Below, piece by piece: positions 50,160 through 61,636 of a stretch of DNA of 64,000 nucleotides. Source of the DNA: an uncultured delta proteobacterium. GTDB taxonomy: Bacteria > Myxococcota_A > UBA9160 > SMWR01. Position 1 is the stretch's first letter. Each line of letters opens with the position of its first letter. The stretch covers positions 36,850-100,849 of the forward strand of contig CAWHTE010000005.1 in NCBI GenBank assembly GCA_963832165.1, written 5' to 3'. Below the pieces are notes generated by a model, which did not search any database, had not been told where the DNA came from, and saw nothing but the letters and a program-made list of their open reading frames with translations. The position numbers were made by a program, and so were the translations under genes.

Positions 50160-50866
50160 AGGAGCAGCTCGCGCAGATCGCGCAGCGCGCGGTCGAGCCC
50201 GACCAGGAGCGAGCGCGTGACTGCGGCGCGGCCCACCGCGACCCGCTCCGCGGCGGGCGCCGCCTGGATCACCTCGGAGAGCGTGCGGTAGCCGAGCCCC
50301 CCTGCGAGCCCGAGCCCGATCTGGAGCTTCGAGGCGAGCCGCGCGGCGTCGCCGAGCTGCTTGAGCGCGGCACGTCGCTCCACGGGCGGCAGATCCACGA
50401 TCCCGCCCGTGTAGAGCTCGATCTGGTTGAACCCGTGCGCGTGTGCCGTCTTCACCGCGTCGAGCGTAGGCGATACGAGCGCGGCCACGGCGATTCCCGC
50501 ATCCGCGAACGTGCGCAGCATGCTCCCGAGCCCGCCGGCTCCGGTGCGGAAGTCGAGCGGGGTCGAGGCGCTGCGCCCCTCGCGCCGATCGGAGGCCAGG
50601 AGCACCGAGTTGGGCCGCACGTCGAGCGCCACGCGCATGAGCGAGTCGAGCGGCGGCATGCGCAGCTCGAGCCTGCGCGCCGCGCGCCGCGTGTCGTGCA
50701 GGTCCTCCTCGCGCACGGGCTTGAGGTCCGGGTTCACGCCGAGCCTTATGGCGTCGACCCCCGCGAGCTCCGCGAGCGTCGATGCCGCGGGCAGGTCGAC
50801 ATCGGTTGCGGCCATCGCATCGCGCAGGCTCGGCAGTGCGTCGAGCTCGAGCGTGAGACTGCGCAT
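50156..50866 (-). CDS. Pyridoxine 5'-phosphate synthase (PdxJ) homolog with degenerate active site
   Basis: 236 aa; LAELAGVDAI, AGIAV, IELYTG, ALLVGLDRAL-type C-terminus (SLLVGLDRALRD); conserved position between glmM and nnr; catalytic motifs replaced. Confidence 0.8.
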   Translation of the reverse strand: MRSLTLELDALPSLRDAMAATDVDLPAASTLAELAGVDAIRLGVNPDLKPVREEDLHDTRRAARRLELRMPPLDSLMRVALDVRPNSVLLASDRREGRSASTPLDFRTGAGGLGSMLRTFADAGIAVAALVSPTLDAVKTAHAHGFNQIELYTGGIVDLPPVERRAALKQLGDAARLASKLQIGLGLAGGLGYRTLSEVIQAAPAAERVAVGRAAVTRSLLVGLDRALRDLRELLL

Positions 50867-52233
50867 CAGGCCGATCCCGCGAGGCTGCGTTGGAGCGCCG
50901 CGGCGAGCTCCGCCGCATACCCGCGCACGCGCGTCTCGTCGTCGCCCTCCACCATCACGCGCGCCTTGGGCTCGGTGCCGCTGTAGCGCACGAGCACGCG
51001 ACCATCGGTGCCGAGCTCCTGCTCCACCGCGCGCAGCCGCTTCTGGAACTCGGGCAGCTCCTCGACCGGGCGCTTGTGCGCGACGGTCACGTTCACGAGC
51101 ACCTGCGGCACGCGCTCGAAGCCGGCCGCGAGCTGGGAGAGCGGCTGTCCGGTGCGGCGCATGATCGCGAGCACCTGGAGCGCCGTGAGCAGGCCGTCGC
51201 CCGTCGTGTTGTGATCGAGCAGGACGACGTGGCCGGACTGCTCGCCGCCCAGGTTGTACCCACCCGCGCGCATCGCCTCCACCACGTAGCGATCGCCGAC
51301 CGCCGTGCGGACGAGGCCGACTCCCTCGCGCGCAAGCGCGCGCTCGAGGCCGAGGTTGCTCATCACGGTCGACACCACCGATCCACCGCGCAGCACACCG
51401 CGCGCACGCGCGTCGCGCGCGAGCAGCGCGAGCAGCGCGTCGCCGTCCACGGTCTGTCCGCGCTCGTCGAGCATCACGCAGCGGTCGGCGTCGCCGTCGA
51501 CCGCGACGCCGACGTCGCCGCGCACCTCGTGCAGCTTCGCGCTCGTCCGCTCCGGGAACAGCGCGCCGCACGCATCGTTGATGTTGCGCCCGTTCGGATC
51601 GACGCCGATCGCGACCACCTCTGCACCGAGCTCGCGAAACACGGTCGGCCCGACCTTGTAGGACGCGCCGTGCGCGCAATCGAGCACGATCCGCACGCCC
51701 TCGAGCGACAGCTCGCGCGGAAAGCTCTTCTTGAGGAAGACGACGTAACGCCCGGCGACGTCGTCGATTCTTCGCGCAGCCCCGATCGCGTCGGCGTCTG
51801 CGCGGTGCTTTGCGAGCGCGCCCGAGTGGATCAGCTGCTCCATGTGCAGCTCGAGCTCGTCGGGCAGCTTGAACCCGTCGCGCGAGAAGAACTTGATGCC
51901 GTTGTCCTGGTAGCTGTTGTGGCTCGCGGAGATCATCACGCCCGCGTCGCAGCGCATGTCCGCGGTCAGGAACGCCATGCCCGGCGTGGGCATCGGGCCC
52001 ACCTGGAGCACGTCGACGCCCATCGAGCAGATTCCGGCCGCCATCGCGTCTTCGAACAGGTAGCCCGAAAGGCGCGTGTCCTTGCCGATGATGATCTGGG
52101 TGCGTTCGCTGCGCCGGGTCGCGAGCACGTGCGCCACGGCCTGGCCGAGCGCCAGCGCCATTTCCGCCGTCATCGGGTGCACGTTCGCGCGCCCGCGCAC
52201 GCCATCCGTGCCGAACAGCCGCTCCTTGCTCAT
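50866..52233 (-). CDS. glmM: Phosphoglucosamine mutase
   Basis: LFGTDGVRG, GKDTRLSG, ISASHN, DGDADR, GGEQSGH, RYSGTEP. Confidence 0.97.
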   Translation of the reverse strand: MSKERLFGTDGVRGRANVHPMTAEMALALGQAVAHVLATRRSERTQIIIGKDTRLSGYLFEDAMAAGICSMGVDVLQVGPMPTPGMAFLTADMRCDAGVMISASHNSYQDNGIKFFSRDGFKLPDELELHMEQLIHSGALAKHRADADAIGAARRIDDVAGRYVVFLKKSFPRELSLEGVRIVLDCAHGASYKVGPTVFRELGAEVVAIGVDPNGRNINDACGALFPERTSAKLHEVRGDVGVAVDGDADRCVMLDERGQTVDGDALLALLARDARARGVLRGGSVVSTVMSNLGLERALAREGVGLVRTAVGDRYVVEAMRAGGYNLGGEQSGHVVLLDHNTTGDGLLTALQVLAIMRRTGQPLSQLAAGFERVPQVLVNVTVAHKRPVEELPEFQKRLRAVEQELGTDGRVLVRYSGTEPKARVMVEGDDETRVRGYAAELAAALQRSLAGSA

Positions 52234-52892
52234 CGCTGGCCCCGCTTTCCCCGTGCGGGGATCTCATCGACCTGCACGCGCACCTTCACGGGCCGTGCCT
52301 CGTCCATCCACACGTGATCGGGCAGCGCGAGCCGCACCTCCCGATCGAGTGACTCCCGGACGCCCCGGATCTCGAGCGGCTCCGTGATCGCCTCGCGCAT
52401 CGACGTCACCTCGCGCCGGTCACCCGTGAGCCAGACGTAGGGCGGGTCTACTTCCACCCAGGCCACGTTGTACCCCTCTGCGGGGTCCCCAACGATATCG
52501 GCCCGCACGCGGATCGACTTGCGCCCTCGCGGCGCGAACTTGATCTCGATGCTCGCGGGCGAGCGGGACACGATCCGGGCCCCGTTGGGCAGCTGCTCCT
52601 CGATCCGCCCCTGATCGATCTCGTAGACCGCCTCGCCGCGCTGCGCGCCCGACACGTCGATCCGGTACTCCATCTTCCCGGGCCCCACGTCGCGCAGCGC
52701 CGCGCGGCTCCCGAGCACGCGGATGTTCACGGCGCGCGCGCTCTGGTCTACGAGCACGAGGTCTTCGGACACGCCATCGAACACGATCGGAATGTCGACG
52801 CCGCGCTCGATGTCCGAGCTGCCGTGGGCCATGCCCCAGAGCACCATCGCGATCGCCCACGCGAGCAGGAGCGTTCCGATGCGCAGCGGCAT
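52230..52892 (-). CDS. CdaR/YbbR-like diadenylate cyclase regulator
   Basis: N-terminal TM and two beta-rich YbbR-like repeats; between cdaA and glmM. Confidence 0.8.
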   Translation of the reverse strand: MPLRIGTLLLAWAIAMVLWGMAHGSSDIERGVDIPIVFDGVSEDLVLVDQSARAVNIRVLGSRAALRDVGPGKMEYRIDVSGAQRGEAVYEIDQGRIEEQLPNGARIVSRSPASIEIKFAPRGRKSIRVRADIVGDPAEGYNVAWVEVDPPYVWLTGDRREVTSMREAITEPLEIRGVRESLDREVRLALPDHVWMDEARPVKVRVQVDEIPARGKRGQR

Positions 52893-52902
52893 GGCGCCTG
52901 AC

Positions 52903-53805
52903 CTAACCCGCCGCCCGCAGCGAAGAGTCCTGCGCGGGCGGCGCCGCCTCGTCCGTCACGGCCGGCAGCGGCTCGATCGCGAGCTCGGTGTCGGGGATGT
53001 CGCGCAGATCGCGGCGCTCGCCGCTCAGGATGTCGCGCAGCACGGCGCGCAGGCGCGGCGCGTCGAGCCCCTGGACGAGCGCGCCGGTGAGCGCCACCGA
53101 CATGCCGCCCGTCTCCTCGGACACGACCACCACGACCGCGTCGGTCTCCTCCGAGAGCCCGACCGCCGCGCGATGGCGCGTGCCGACGCCGTCCGGCAGA
53201 TCCTCGCGCATCGTGAGCGGCAGGATGCAGCCCGCGTACGACACGCGGCCGTTCTGGAGCAACACGGCGCCGTCGTGCAGCGGCGAGTACGGAATGAATA
53301 CCGAGATGAGCAGGTCCTTGCTGACCGCCGCGTCGAGCTGCGTGCCCGTCTCGATCTGGTCGACGAGCTGGATCTCGCGCTCGAGCACGATCAGCGCGCC
53401 GACCCGCTTGCGCGACAGCTCCTGACACGCGCGCACGACCTCCTCGAGCATCTGTGTCTCGCGCTGCAGCACCGCGGACGGGAAGAAGCCACGTCCCACG
53501 CGCGCGAGCGCGCGGCGGATGTCGTGCTGGAACAGCACGATCACGATCAACACGCCGTACTGCACGAAGTTCTCGAGCACGGTGCGCAGCGTGACGAGCT
53601 GGAAGATCTCGGAGGCCACGCTCGCCGCGTACAGCACGAGCAGGCCCAGCAGGATCTGGAACGCGCGCGTGCCGCGGATCAGGAGCAGGAGCCAGTAGAT
53701 CCCGATCGTGACCAGCAGAATGTCGATCACGTCGCGCACGGGATCGAAGTTCGCGCCGAAGTACTCGAGCAGGTTGCGCAGCAGGTTCCAGACCGTCTCG
53801 ATCAT
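52903..53805 (-). CDS. cdaA: Membrane diadenylate cyclase
   Basis: Three TM, GALIVLER, PLHDGAV, GTRHRAAVGLSE, VVSEETG. Confidence 0.95.
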   Translation of the reverse strand: MIETVWNLLRNLLEYFGANFDPVRDVIDILLVTIGIYWLLLLIRGTRAFQILLGLLVLYAASVASEIFQLVTLRTVLENFVQYGVLIVIVLFQHDIRRALARVGRGFFPSAVLQRETQMLEEVVRACQELSRKRVGALIVLEREIQLVDQIETGTQLDAAVSKDLLISVFIPYSPLHDGAVLLQNGRVSYAGCILPLTMREDLPDGVGTRHRAAVGLSEETDAVVVVVSEETGGMSVALTGALVQGLDAPRLRAVLRDILSGERRDLRDIPDTELAIEPLPAVTDEAAPPAQDSSLRAAG

Positions 53806-54672
53806 GCGGCGTCTCCGCGCCCAGCCTCATGGACTTGCCGGAGCGCGCGCGCGACCGCGCACGCGCGCACGGCGCCCGCGACGTCGTGCACTCGCACCGC
53901 GTCGGCACCCTCGTAGACCGCGATCGCACACGCGGCGTGGCTCGCGGTGTCGCGCGCCGCGGCCACGTCCCCCGTGATCCGGCCCAGGAACGACTTGCGC
54001 GACGGTCCCACCAGCACCGGCAGGTCGCCGCCCACCGCAGCGCGCAGTGCGCCGATTCCGACCAGGAGTGCGAGGTTGTCCTCGGGCCGCTTGGCGAAGC
54101 CGATGCCGGGGTCGATCACGAGCGCGCGGTCGGCGACTCCGGCCGCGCGCGCGACCGCGAGCGATTCGCGCAGCTCGGCCGCGACCTCGTCGATCACCGC
54201 GTCGTAATGGGGTGCCGCCTGCATCGTCTCGGGCGTGCCGCGCGAATGGCCGACCACGAGCGTCGCGCCCGCGCGCGCCACCACGCCCGCGATCGCCGGA
54301 TCGAAGCGCAATCCCGACACGTCGTTGACGATGTGCGCGCCAGCCGCGACCGCGTCCTCTGCAACGCGCGCCTTGCGCGTGTCGATCGAGAGCGGCACCG
54401 CGAAGCGCTTCGCGAACGCCTCGATCAGCGGCACCGTGCGCGCGCACTCGAGTTCCGCGGGCACCTCGGCCGCGCCCGGGCCGCGTCGATTCGCCGCCCA
54501 CGTCGAGCACGTCCGCACCGTCGCGGATCAGCGCCGCGGCCAGATCGATCGCGCGCGGGAGATCGAGCTCGCCCGCGCTGGCTACGAATCGGCCGCCGTC
54601 CGAGAACGAGTCCGGCGTGGCGTTCAGTACGCCGATCACCACCGTTCTCGCGCGGCGGAAGATCGCCGACAT
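53802..54672 (-). CDS. folP: Dihydropteroate synthase (frameshift near 54482)
   Basis: GVLNATPDSFSDGG, DVGGESTRPG, SIDT, NDVSG, DPGIGFAK, SRKSF, RVHDV. Confidence 0.94.
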
Positions 54673-54684
54673 GCGGCGCCCTCC

Positions 54685-56607
<1,923 letters not shown>

Positions 56608-56671
56608 ATAGCTCTCCGTGGCGCGGGCGAAAAAACCGAGTGGTGAATGCAGCTTAGCAGACGAATTCGCC

Positions 56672-57706
56672 CTATGTCCGCGGGGTCGGGGAATCTCCAC
56701 CCGTGGGCCCGAGCCGGAACCCCGCGCGATCGCAGCGAAGTTCGAGCCCGCCGGGCAGCTCGATGTGCCGCCCCGGCGATGCATCGCGCAGGAAGCGCTC
56801 GATCCGCTCGAGGTGTACCCGCTCGACGTGCCGTGCGGAGCCCGCGCGTGCAAGCGCCTCGCGGGCCAGCCGCCTCGACAGCGCCTCGGGCAGCGCACCC
56901 CAGTCCTTCGCGTCGATCCGCAGCCACGCTCCCTCGCTCGTGAAGCGCGCGCCCGCCTCCCGCTCGACCCACGCGCGGATCCACTCCGTATCCCTGCGTT
57001 GCGCTTCGGCAAGATCTGCAATCGCCCTGAGCCATTGCGGGTTCAAATCGCGCGCGAACGAGGGCAGCCAGCTGCGCAGCCGATTGCGCGCGTAATCGGG
57101 CGAGGCATTCGAGCGATCCTCGCGCCACGCGAGGCGCCGGGCCGCCGCATAGTGCTCGAGCTCGGCGCGCGAGAGGCGCAGGAGCGGCCGCACGATCCGG
57201 CCGTCGGGCGAGCGATCGGGGATTCCGCCGAGCCCATCCGGCCCCGTGCCGCGGAACAGGCGCAGCAGCACGGTCTCGGCCTGGTCGTCCGCGTGGTGTG
57301 CCGTCGCGATCCGCTGTGCGCCGATCTGCGCCGCCATGCGCTCGAGCGCGGCGTAGCGCAGCGTGCGCGCGGCCTCCTGGAGCGTCGGTCGGTTCCGACT
57401 CGAGACTCCCTCTCGCAACGCGCCCGGCACCACCCGCTCGACCGCAAACGGCGCGCCCAACTCTTGCGCGAGCGCCGCGACCGCCGCCTCGTCGGCGTCC
57501 GCGTCCGCGCCGCGCAAACCGTGGTGCACGTGAGCGATCGCGAGCGCGAACCCGCCCCGCGCCGCGATCGTTGCGAGCGCGCACGCCAACACGGTCGAGT
57601 CGAGTCCGCCCGACACCGCTGCGAGCACCGTGTGGCCGCGCAGATCGAGGCGCACCGCCGCCCGCTCGAGCTCGCGCTCGACACGGCGCACGGGGTCTCG
57701 CCTCAC
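56672..57706 (-). CDS. tilS: tRNA(Ile)-lysidine synthetase
   Basis: [42 protein letters not shown]. Confidence 0.95.
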   Translation of the reverse strand: MRRDPVRRVERELERAAVRLDLRGHTVLAAVSGGLDSTVLACALATIAARGGFALAIAHVHHGLRGADADADEAAVAALAQELGAPFAVERVVPGALREGVSSRNRPTLQEAARTLRYAALERMAAQIGAQRIATAHHADDQAETVLLRLFRGTGPDGLGGIPDRSPDGRIVRPLLRLSRAELEHYAAARRLAWREDRSNASPDYARNRLRSWLPSFARDLNPQWLRAIADLAEAQRRDTEWIRAWVEREAGARFTSEGAWLRIDAKDWGALPEALSRRLAREALARAGSARHVERVHLERIERFLRDASPGRHIELPGGLELRCDRAGFRLGPTGGDSPTPRT

Positions 57707-57713
57707 ACCGCCC

Positions 57714-58574
57714 CTACTTGAGTGCGCTCGCGTCGCCCGCGAGGATGCGCGTGCCGTCGGTCTTGTCCAGCCACACTTCGCAGTGCACGCGCGTGCGCGT
57801 GCCCTCTGCCTGCTCGTCTTTGATCCGGCCGTGCACGTTCACGGTCTCGTCGACCCAGAGCACGTTGGTGAGCTTCACCGACATGCGCCCGCCGCGCAGC
57901 CAACCCTCGCCGAAGTGATCCTGCATGAGCTGCGACACGAAGCAGGTCGACATCATTCCCTGCACCACGATCGTCGGGAAGCCGAGCTTCTTCGCCTGCT
58001 CGCGATCGGTGTGATAGTTGCGGCCCGGACCCGAGAACATCCAGCAGCGGCGCTCGTCGACGGTCTTCTCCAGCGGCGCGAGATCGGGGCCCGTGGCGGT
58101 CGGGAACGGCGGCGGCGGCGCCTTCTTCTGCGCGGTCTTCTCGTCGACGACGAAGCCGCCCTCGCCCTGGTCCTTCTTGGGCGGCAGGAAGGACTGGTGT
58201 GTGTGGCCGCGCACGAGCAGCTCGCCCGTCGCGTCCAGCAATACGTCGGTCTCGTTCACGATCCACTCGCGCCCGCGGCGCTGGTAGCGCTCGATGATCG
58301 TCGAGCGCGTGCGCACGCGCGCTCCGAGCGGGATCGGCGCGAACAGGAACCAGTCCTGGCGGCCGTGCAGGTTCCCGAACAGGTTCTTCAGGTACCACTC
58401 GCCGACGAACTTGTAGCACTCGGAGTGGTAGAGCAGCGGTGGCGCATACTGCGCCTGCAGCGGATGGTGATCGCCGAGCGCGTCGGCGTAGAAGTCCACC
58501 ACCCCCTTCTCCGCCTCGTAGACGTTCGATCCGCAGTGGCGGCCCACGTACGCGGGTTGTCCGAGCAGGTTCAC
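57714..58574 (-). CDS. Double hot-dog fold MaoC-family dehydratase
   Basis: FYADALGD, LHGRQDW, NYHTDREQAKKLGFPTIVVQGMM. Confidence 0.8.
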   Translation of the reverse strand: MNLLGQPAYVGRHCGSNVYEAEKGVVDFYADALGDHHPLQAQYAPPLLYHSECYKFVGEWYLKNLFGNLHGRQDWFLFAPIPLGARVRTRSTIIERYQRRGREWIVNETDVLLDATGELLVRGHTHQSFLPPKKDQGEGGFVVDEKTAQKKAPPPPFPTATGPDLAPLEKTVDERRCWMFSGPGRNYHTDREQAKKLGFPTIVVQGMMSTCFVSQLMQDHFGEGWLRGGRMSVKLTNVLWVDETVNVHGRIKDEQAEGTRTRVHCEVWLDKTDGTRILAGDASALK

Positions 58575-58605
58575 GGCCGCCTCCTCTCTGCTATTTCACC
58601 GTCCG

Positions 58606-60135
58606 ATGAGCTCGCCGCTGCACAACGTCGGTGCGTGGACGCTGCGGAGGGCGCAGATCGGGCCGGATCACCTCGCGGTGGTCGACGCGGATCGTAGCCT
58701 CGATTACCGGGCCCTCCACGAGCGCACGGGCCGCTGCGCGGCGCTGCTCGCCGCGCGCGGGGTCCGCGCGGGCGACCGCGTGGCGCTCCTGCTCGGCAAC
58801 CGCAGCGCCTACCTCGAGCTCGTGTTCGCGGCCGCACGGATCGGCGCGATCGCGGTGCCGATCAACGCGCGGCTCACGGCACCCGAGGTGCGCGGATTGC
58901 TCGCGGACTGCACTCCCACGCTGCTCGTGCACGAGCACTCGCTCGACGCGCTCGCGGCCGACGTCGGCGCGCCGCAGCGCCTCGCCTGCCCCGACGCCTA
59001 CGAAGCCGAGCTCGCCGCGCACGCTCCGCACGAGGCGATCCTGCCCGTCGCGCCCGATCACCCGATGATCCTCATGTACACATCGGGCACCACGGGCCAG
59101 CCCAAGGGCGCGCTGCTGCCGCACCGCAAGACGCTCTACAACAGCCTCAACGCCGAGCTCTTCTTCGGACTGCGCCGCGAAGACCGCGTCCTCGTTGCGC
59201 TCCCGCTCTTCCACTCGTTCGGGCTCGCGATCCTCTCGCTGCCCGCGCTCTACGCGGGCGCGACGGTCTACCTCGAGCCGCGCTTCGACGCCGCGCGCAC
59301 GTGGCAGCGCGTGGCGTCCGAGCGGATCACGTTCCTGGGCGCCGTGCCCACGCAGCTCGCCGCGTTGCTCGCGGACCTCGAAGCGCGGGGCGACGCGACG
59401 CCGCCGCCTTCGCTGCGCTTCCTGTTCGGCGCGGGCGCTGCAGTGCCGGTCGAACAGATCCGGGGCTTCGAGGCACGCGGGATCGTGCTGAAGCAGGGCT
59501 TCGGCCAGACCGAGACCTCGATTCTCTGTTGTCTCGACGCGAGCGATGCGATCCGCAAAGCGGGCAGCGTCGGGCGGCCCGTGTTCCACGCCGAGCTGCG
59601 CGTGGTGAGTCAGGCCGCGATCGACGGACCCGTCGAGAGCTGGGTCGATTGCGCCGTGGGCGAGCCCGGCGAGATCGTCGTGCGCGGACCGATCACGATG
59701 CTCGGCTACTGGAACCGCCCCGACGAGACCGCCGCGACGCTGCGCGGCGAATGGCTGCGCACGGGCGACCTCGCCACACGCGACGACGAGGGCTTCCTCA
59801 CGCTCGTCGGACGCGCGCGCGACATGTACATCTCGGGCGGCGAGAACGTCTACCCCGCGGAGGTCGAGGCCGCCTACGCGCAGCACCCCGCGGTGCGCGA
59901 TATTGCGATCGTGGGCGTGCCCGACCCGCGCTGGGGCGAGGTCGGCCGCGCATTCGTCGTGCCACGCGACGGATGCGCAGTGGACGGCGAGGCGCTGCGC
60001 GCCTGGGGCGCCGAGCGCCTCGCCCGTTTCAAGCTGCCGCGCGACTTCGTCGCGCTCGACACCCTGCCCCGCACCGAGACCGGCAAGGTTCAGAAGCACC
60101 GACTCTCGCAGGACGGGTCGGGCCGAAGGCCCTGA
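58606..60135 (+). CDS. Acyl-CoA synthetase / AMP-binding enzyme
   Basis: YTSGTTGQPKG, PLFH, GFGQTE, TGD, GGENVYPAEVE, GKVQK. Confidence 0.94.
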   Translation: MSSPLHNVGAWTLRRAQIGPDHLAVVDADRSLDYRALHERTGRCAALLAARGVRAGDRVALLLGNRSAYLELVFAAARIGAIAVPINARLTAPEVRGLLADCTPTLLVHEHSLDALAADVGAPQRLACPDAYEAELAAHAPHEAILPVAPDHPMILMYTSGTTGQPKGALLPHRKTLYNSLNAELFFGLRREDRVLVALPLFHSFGLAILSLPALYAGATVYLEPRFDAARTWQRVASERITFLGAVPTQLAALLADLEARGDATPPPSLRFLFGAGAAVPVEQIRGFEARGIVLKQGFGQTETSILCCLDASDAIRKAGSVGRPVFHAELRVVSQAAIDGPVESWVDCAVGEPGEIVVRGPITMLGYWNRPDETAATLRGEWLRTGDLATRDDEGFLTLVGRARDMYISGGENVYPAEVEAAYAQHPAVRDIAIVGVPDPRWGEVGRAFVVPRDGCAVDGEALRAWGAERLARFKLPRDFVALDTLPRTETGKVQKHRLSQDGSGRRP

Positions 60136-60156
60136 CCCGCCGAAGCCGCGACCTCC

Positions 60157-60741
60157 TCAGAACCGGAAGCGCAGCCCGATCACTTCCCACGAGTAGTAGA
60201 ACGTGTCGTCGATCGGGTTGTCGTCGTGGATCCCCGCCGGGATCACGTTGAAGAGCATCTGGCTGCCCACCGCCACGGTCTCGTTGATGCGGAAGTCCAC
60301 ACCGAAGCCCGGGGAGAGCAGGAAGTGGGTGTCGTCGTCGTCGACGCCCTTGTAGACGTCTGCATCCCACCAGGAAAATCCGATTCCCAGATGAGCATAC
60401 GGCTCGATGAATGAGACATCGGGGTCGATCAACTCGCCGAGGTCGGGCCAGTAGCGGGCAAAGAGCTGGGGTGAGACGATCGTGATGTCGTCGTCGATTC
60501 CCACTTCAGTGAGCAGACCCACCGACAACGGCTCCGCGACGCGGTAGTCGCCCTCGAAACCGAGCAGCAGCGAGGTCGGACTCGAGGTGAAGCCGAGGCC
60601 CGGCTTCAGCGAGAATGTTCCCTCATCGCGATAGCCATAGTCGCTGTTCGGCGTTTCCGCCGCGTACGGATCGTCCTGCGCCAATGCAGGAGCGGCGAGC
60701 AGCAACGCGATCACGAGCACACGTGTGGGTGAAAACCCCAT
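60157..60741 (-). CDS. Small outer-membrane beta-barrel protein
   Basis: Signal peptide (ALA-Q), amphipathic strands, PYAHLGIG, C-terminal GLRFRF. Confidence 0.82.
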   Translation of the reverse strand: MGFSPTRVLVIALLLAAPALAQDDPYAAETPNSDYGYRDEGTFSLKPGLGFTSSPTSLLLGFEGDYRVAEPLSVGLLTEVGIDDDITIVSPQLFARYWPDLGELIDPDVSFIEPYAHLGIGFSWWDADVYKGVDDDDTHFLLSPGFGVDFRINETVAVGSQMLFNVIPAGIHDDNPIDDTFYYSWEVIGLRFRF

Positions 60742-60870
60742 TCGAACTTCCTCCTCTGTTCCCCGACGCTCGGGTAGGTAGCCACAGCGCGAGGCAGTCG
60801 CAACCCATGACGCACGATCGTGTCAGCCGTCACAAAACGGCGTTCTGTCGCGCCGACTCCGAAGGAGGAG

Positions 60871-60947
60871 TGGTAGCGGTGGTTGGACTCGAACCAACGA
60901 CCTACGGCTTATGAAGCCGCCGCTCTAACCGACTGAGCTACACCGCC
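60871..60947 (-). tRNA. tRNA-Met (CAT), elongator type, CCA encoded
   Basis: GGCGGTGTAGCTCAGTCGGTTAGAGCGGCGGCTTCATAAGCCGTAGGTCGTTGGTTCGAGTCCAACCACCGCTACCA; full cloverleaf; lacks initiator C1:A72 and GGG/CCC anticodon stem. Confidence 0.95.
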
Positions 60948-60976
60948 CGAAAACGCGGCCGGGACGATACAACACA

Positions 60977-61618
60977 CTACGACTCTGGCGGAGGTATGGC
61001 CCCCTGTGCGGCTGTGCTCTCGCCCGGGCCACCCTTGAACACGGCCTTCTCGAGCGCCTCGAGCCGCCGGATCAGATCGCGGATCACGTCGGGCGACGGT
61101 CCTGCACTCGGTGCTGCGGCACTCGCGGGCGCGCCCGGCGGACCCGCACCGCTTGCGACCTTCGTATAGACGGCGACGCGATCCACGATCTCGTCGAGCT
61201 TCGGGATGATGTCGCCCATCGTGCCGCTCTGGATGAAGATGCGCCGTGCGGCGGCCGCCTCGGCTTCGCTCTTCACATCGAGCGGCAGGCAGTGCACGTC
61301 GAGGCTCGCGCCATCGCCGAACTGCGTGAACGCGCCGAAGATCAGATAGTCGCCGCCGCGCGCCTGGCCCCAGTCGAGCGCCTTCTTGAGCACCGTGGTG
61401 GCCGCGCCGGGATCCTCCACGCGTTCCACCTGCACGCGCCCGGTCTGCTCGAGGCGCGAAGAGATCATGTCGGTGATGCCGCGGCTCACGTAGCCGGGAT
61501 TCGACGCCGCGGTGTGCACGACGATCGGCAGAATCACGATCCGCGTGCGATCGGCCGCCGACGCGCTTCCGCTGAGCAGCAGCGCTCCCATGAGAGCCAG
61601 AACCTGCGCGACCCGCAT
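60977..61618 (-). CDS. Secreted protein, TolB-N/CsgG-like alpha/beta domain
   Basis: Signal peptide (ASA-A), IVILP..GITDMISSRL..DYLIFGAFTQFG..SLD pattern. Confidence 0.65.
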   Translation of the reverse strand: MRVAQVLALMGALLLSGSASAADRTRIVILPIVVHTAASNPGYVSRGITDMISSRLEQTGRVQVERVEDPGAATTVLKKALDWGQARGGDYLIFGAFTQFGDGASLDVHCLPLDVKSEAEAAAARRIFIQSGTMGDIIPKLDEIVDRVAVYTKVASGAGPPGAPASAAAPSAGPSPDVIRDLIRRLEALEKAVFKGGPGESTAAQGAIPPPES

Positions 61619-61636
61619 CAGGCGCGCGATACTAGC

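Noticed and set aside
57714-60870. Genomic island integrated at the tRNA-Met 3' end
   Set aside because: No integrase and no duplicated tRNA 3' end seen; only a mild compositional shift in the OM barrel gene
60871-60947. tRNA-Ile2 or initiator tRNA, given nearby tilS and the CAT anticodon
   Set aside because: Acceptor stem GGCGGTG/CACCGCT resembles elongator Met and initiator hallmarks are absent; tRNAscan-SE isotype models would settle it
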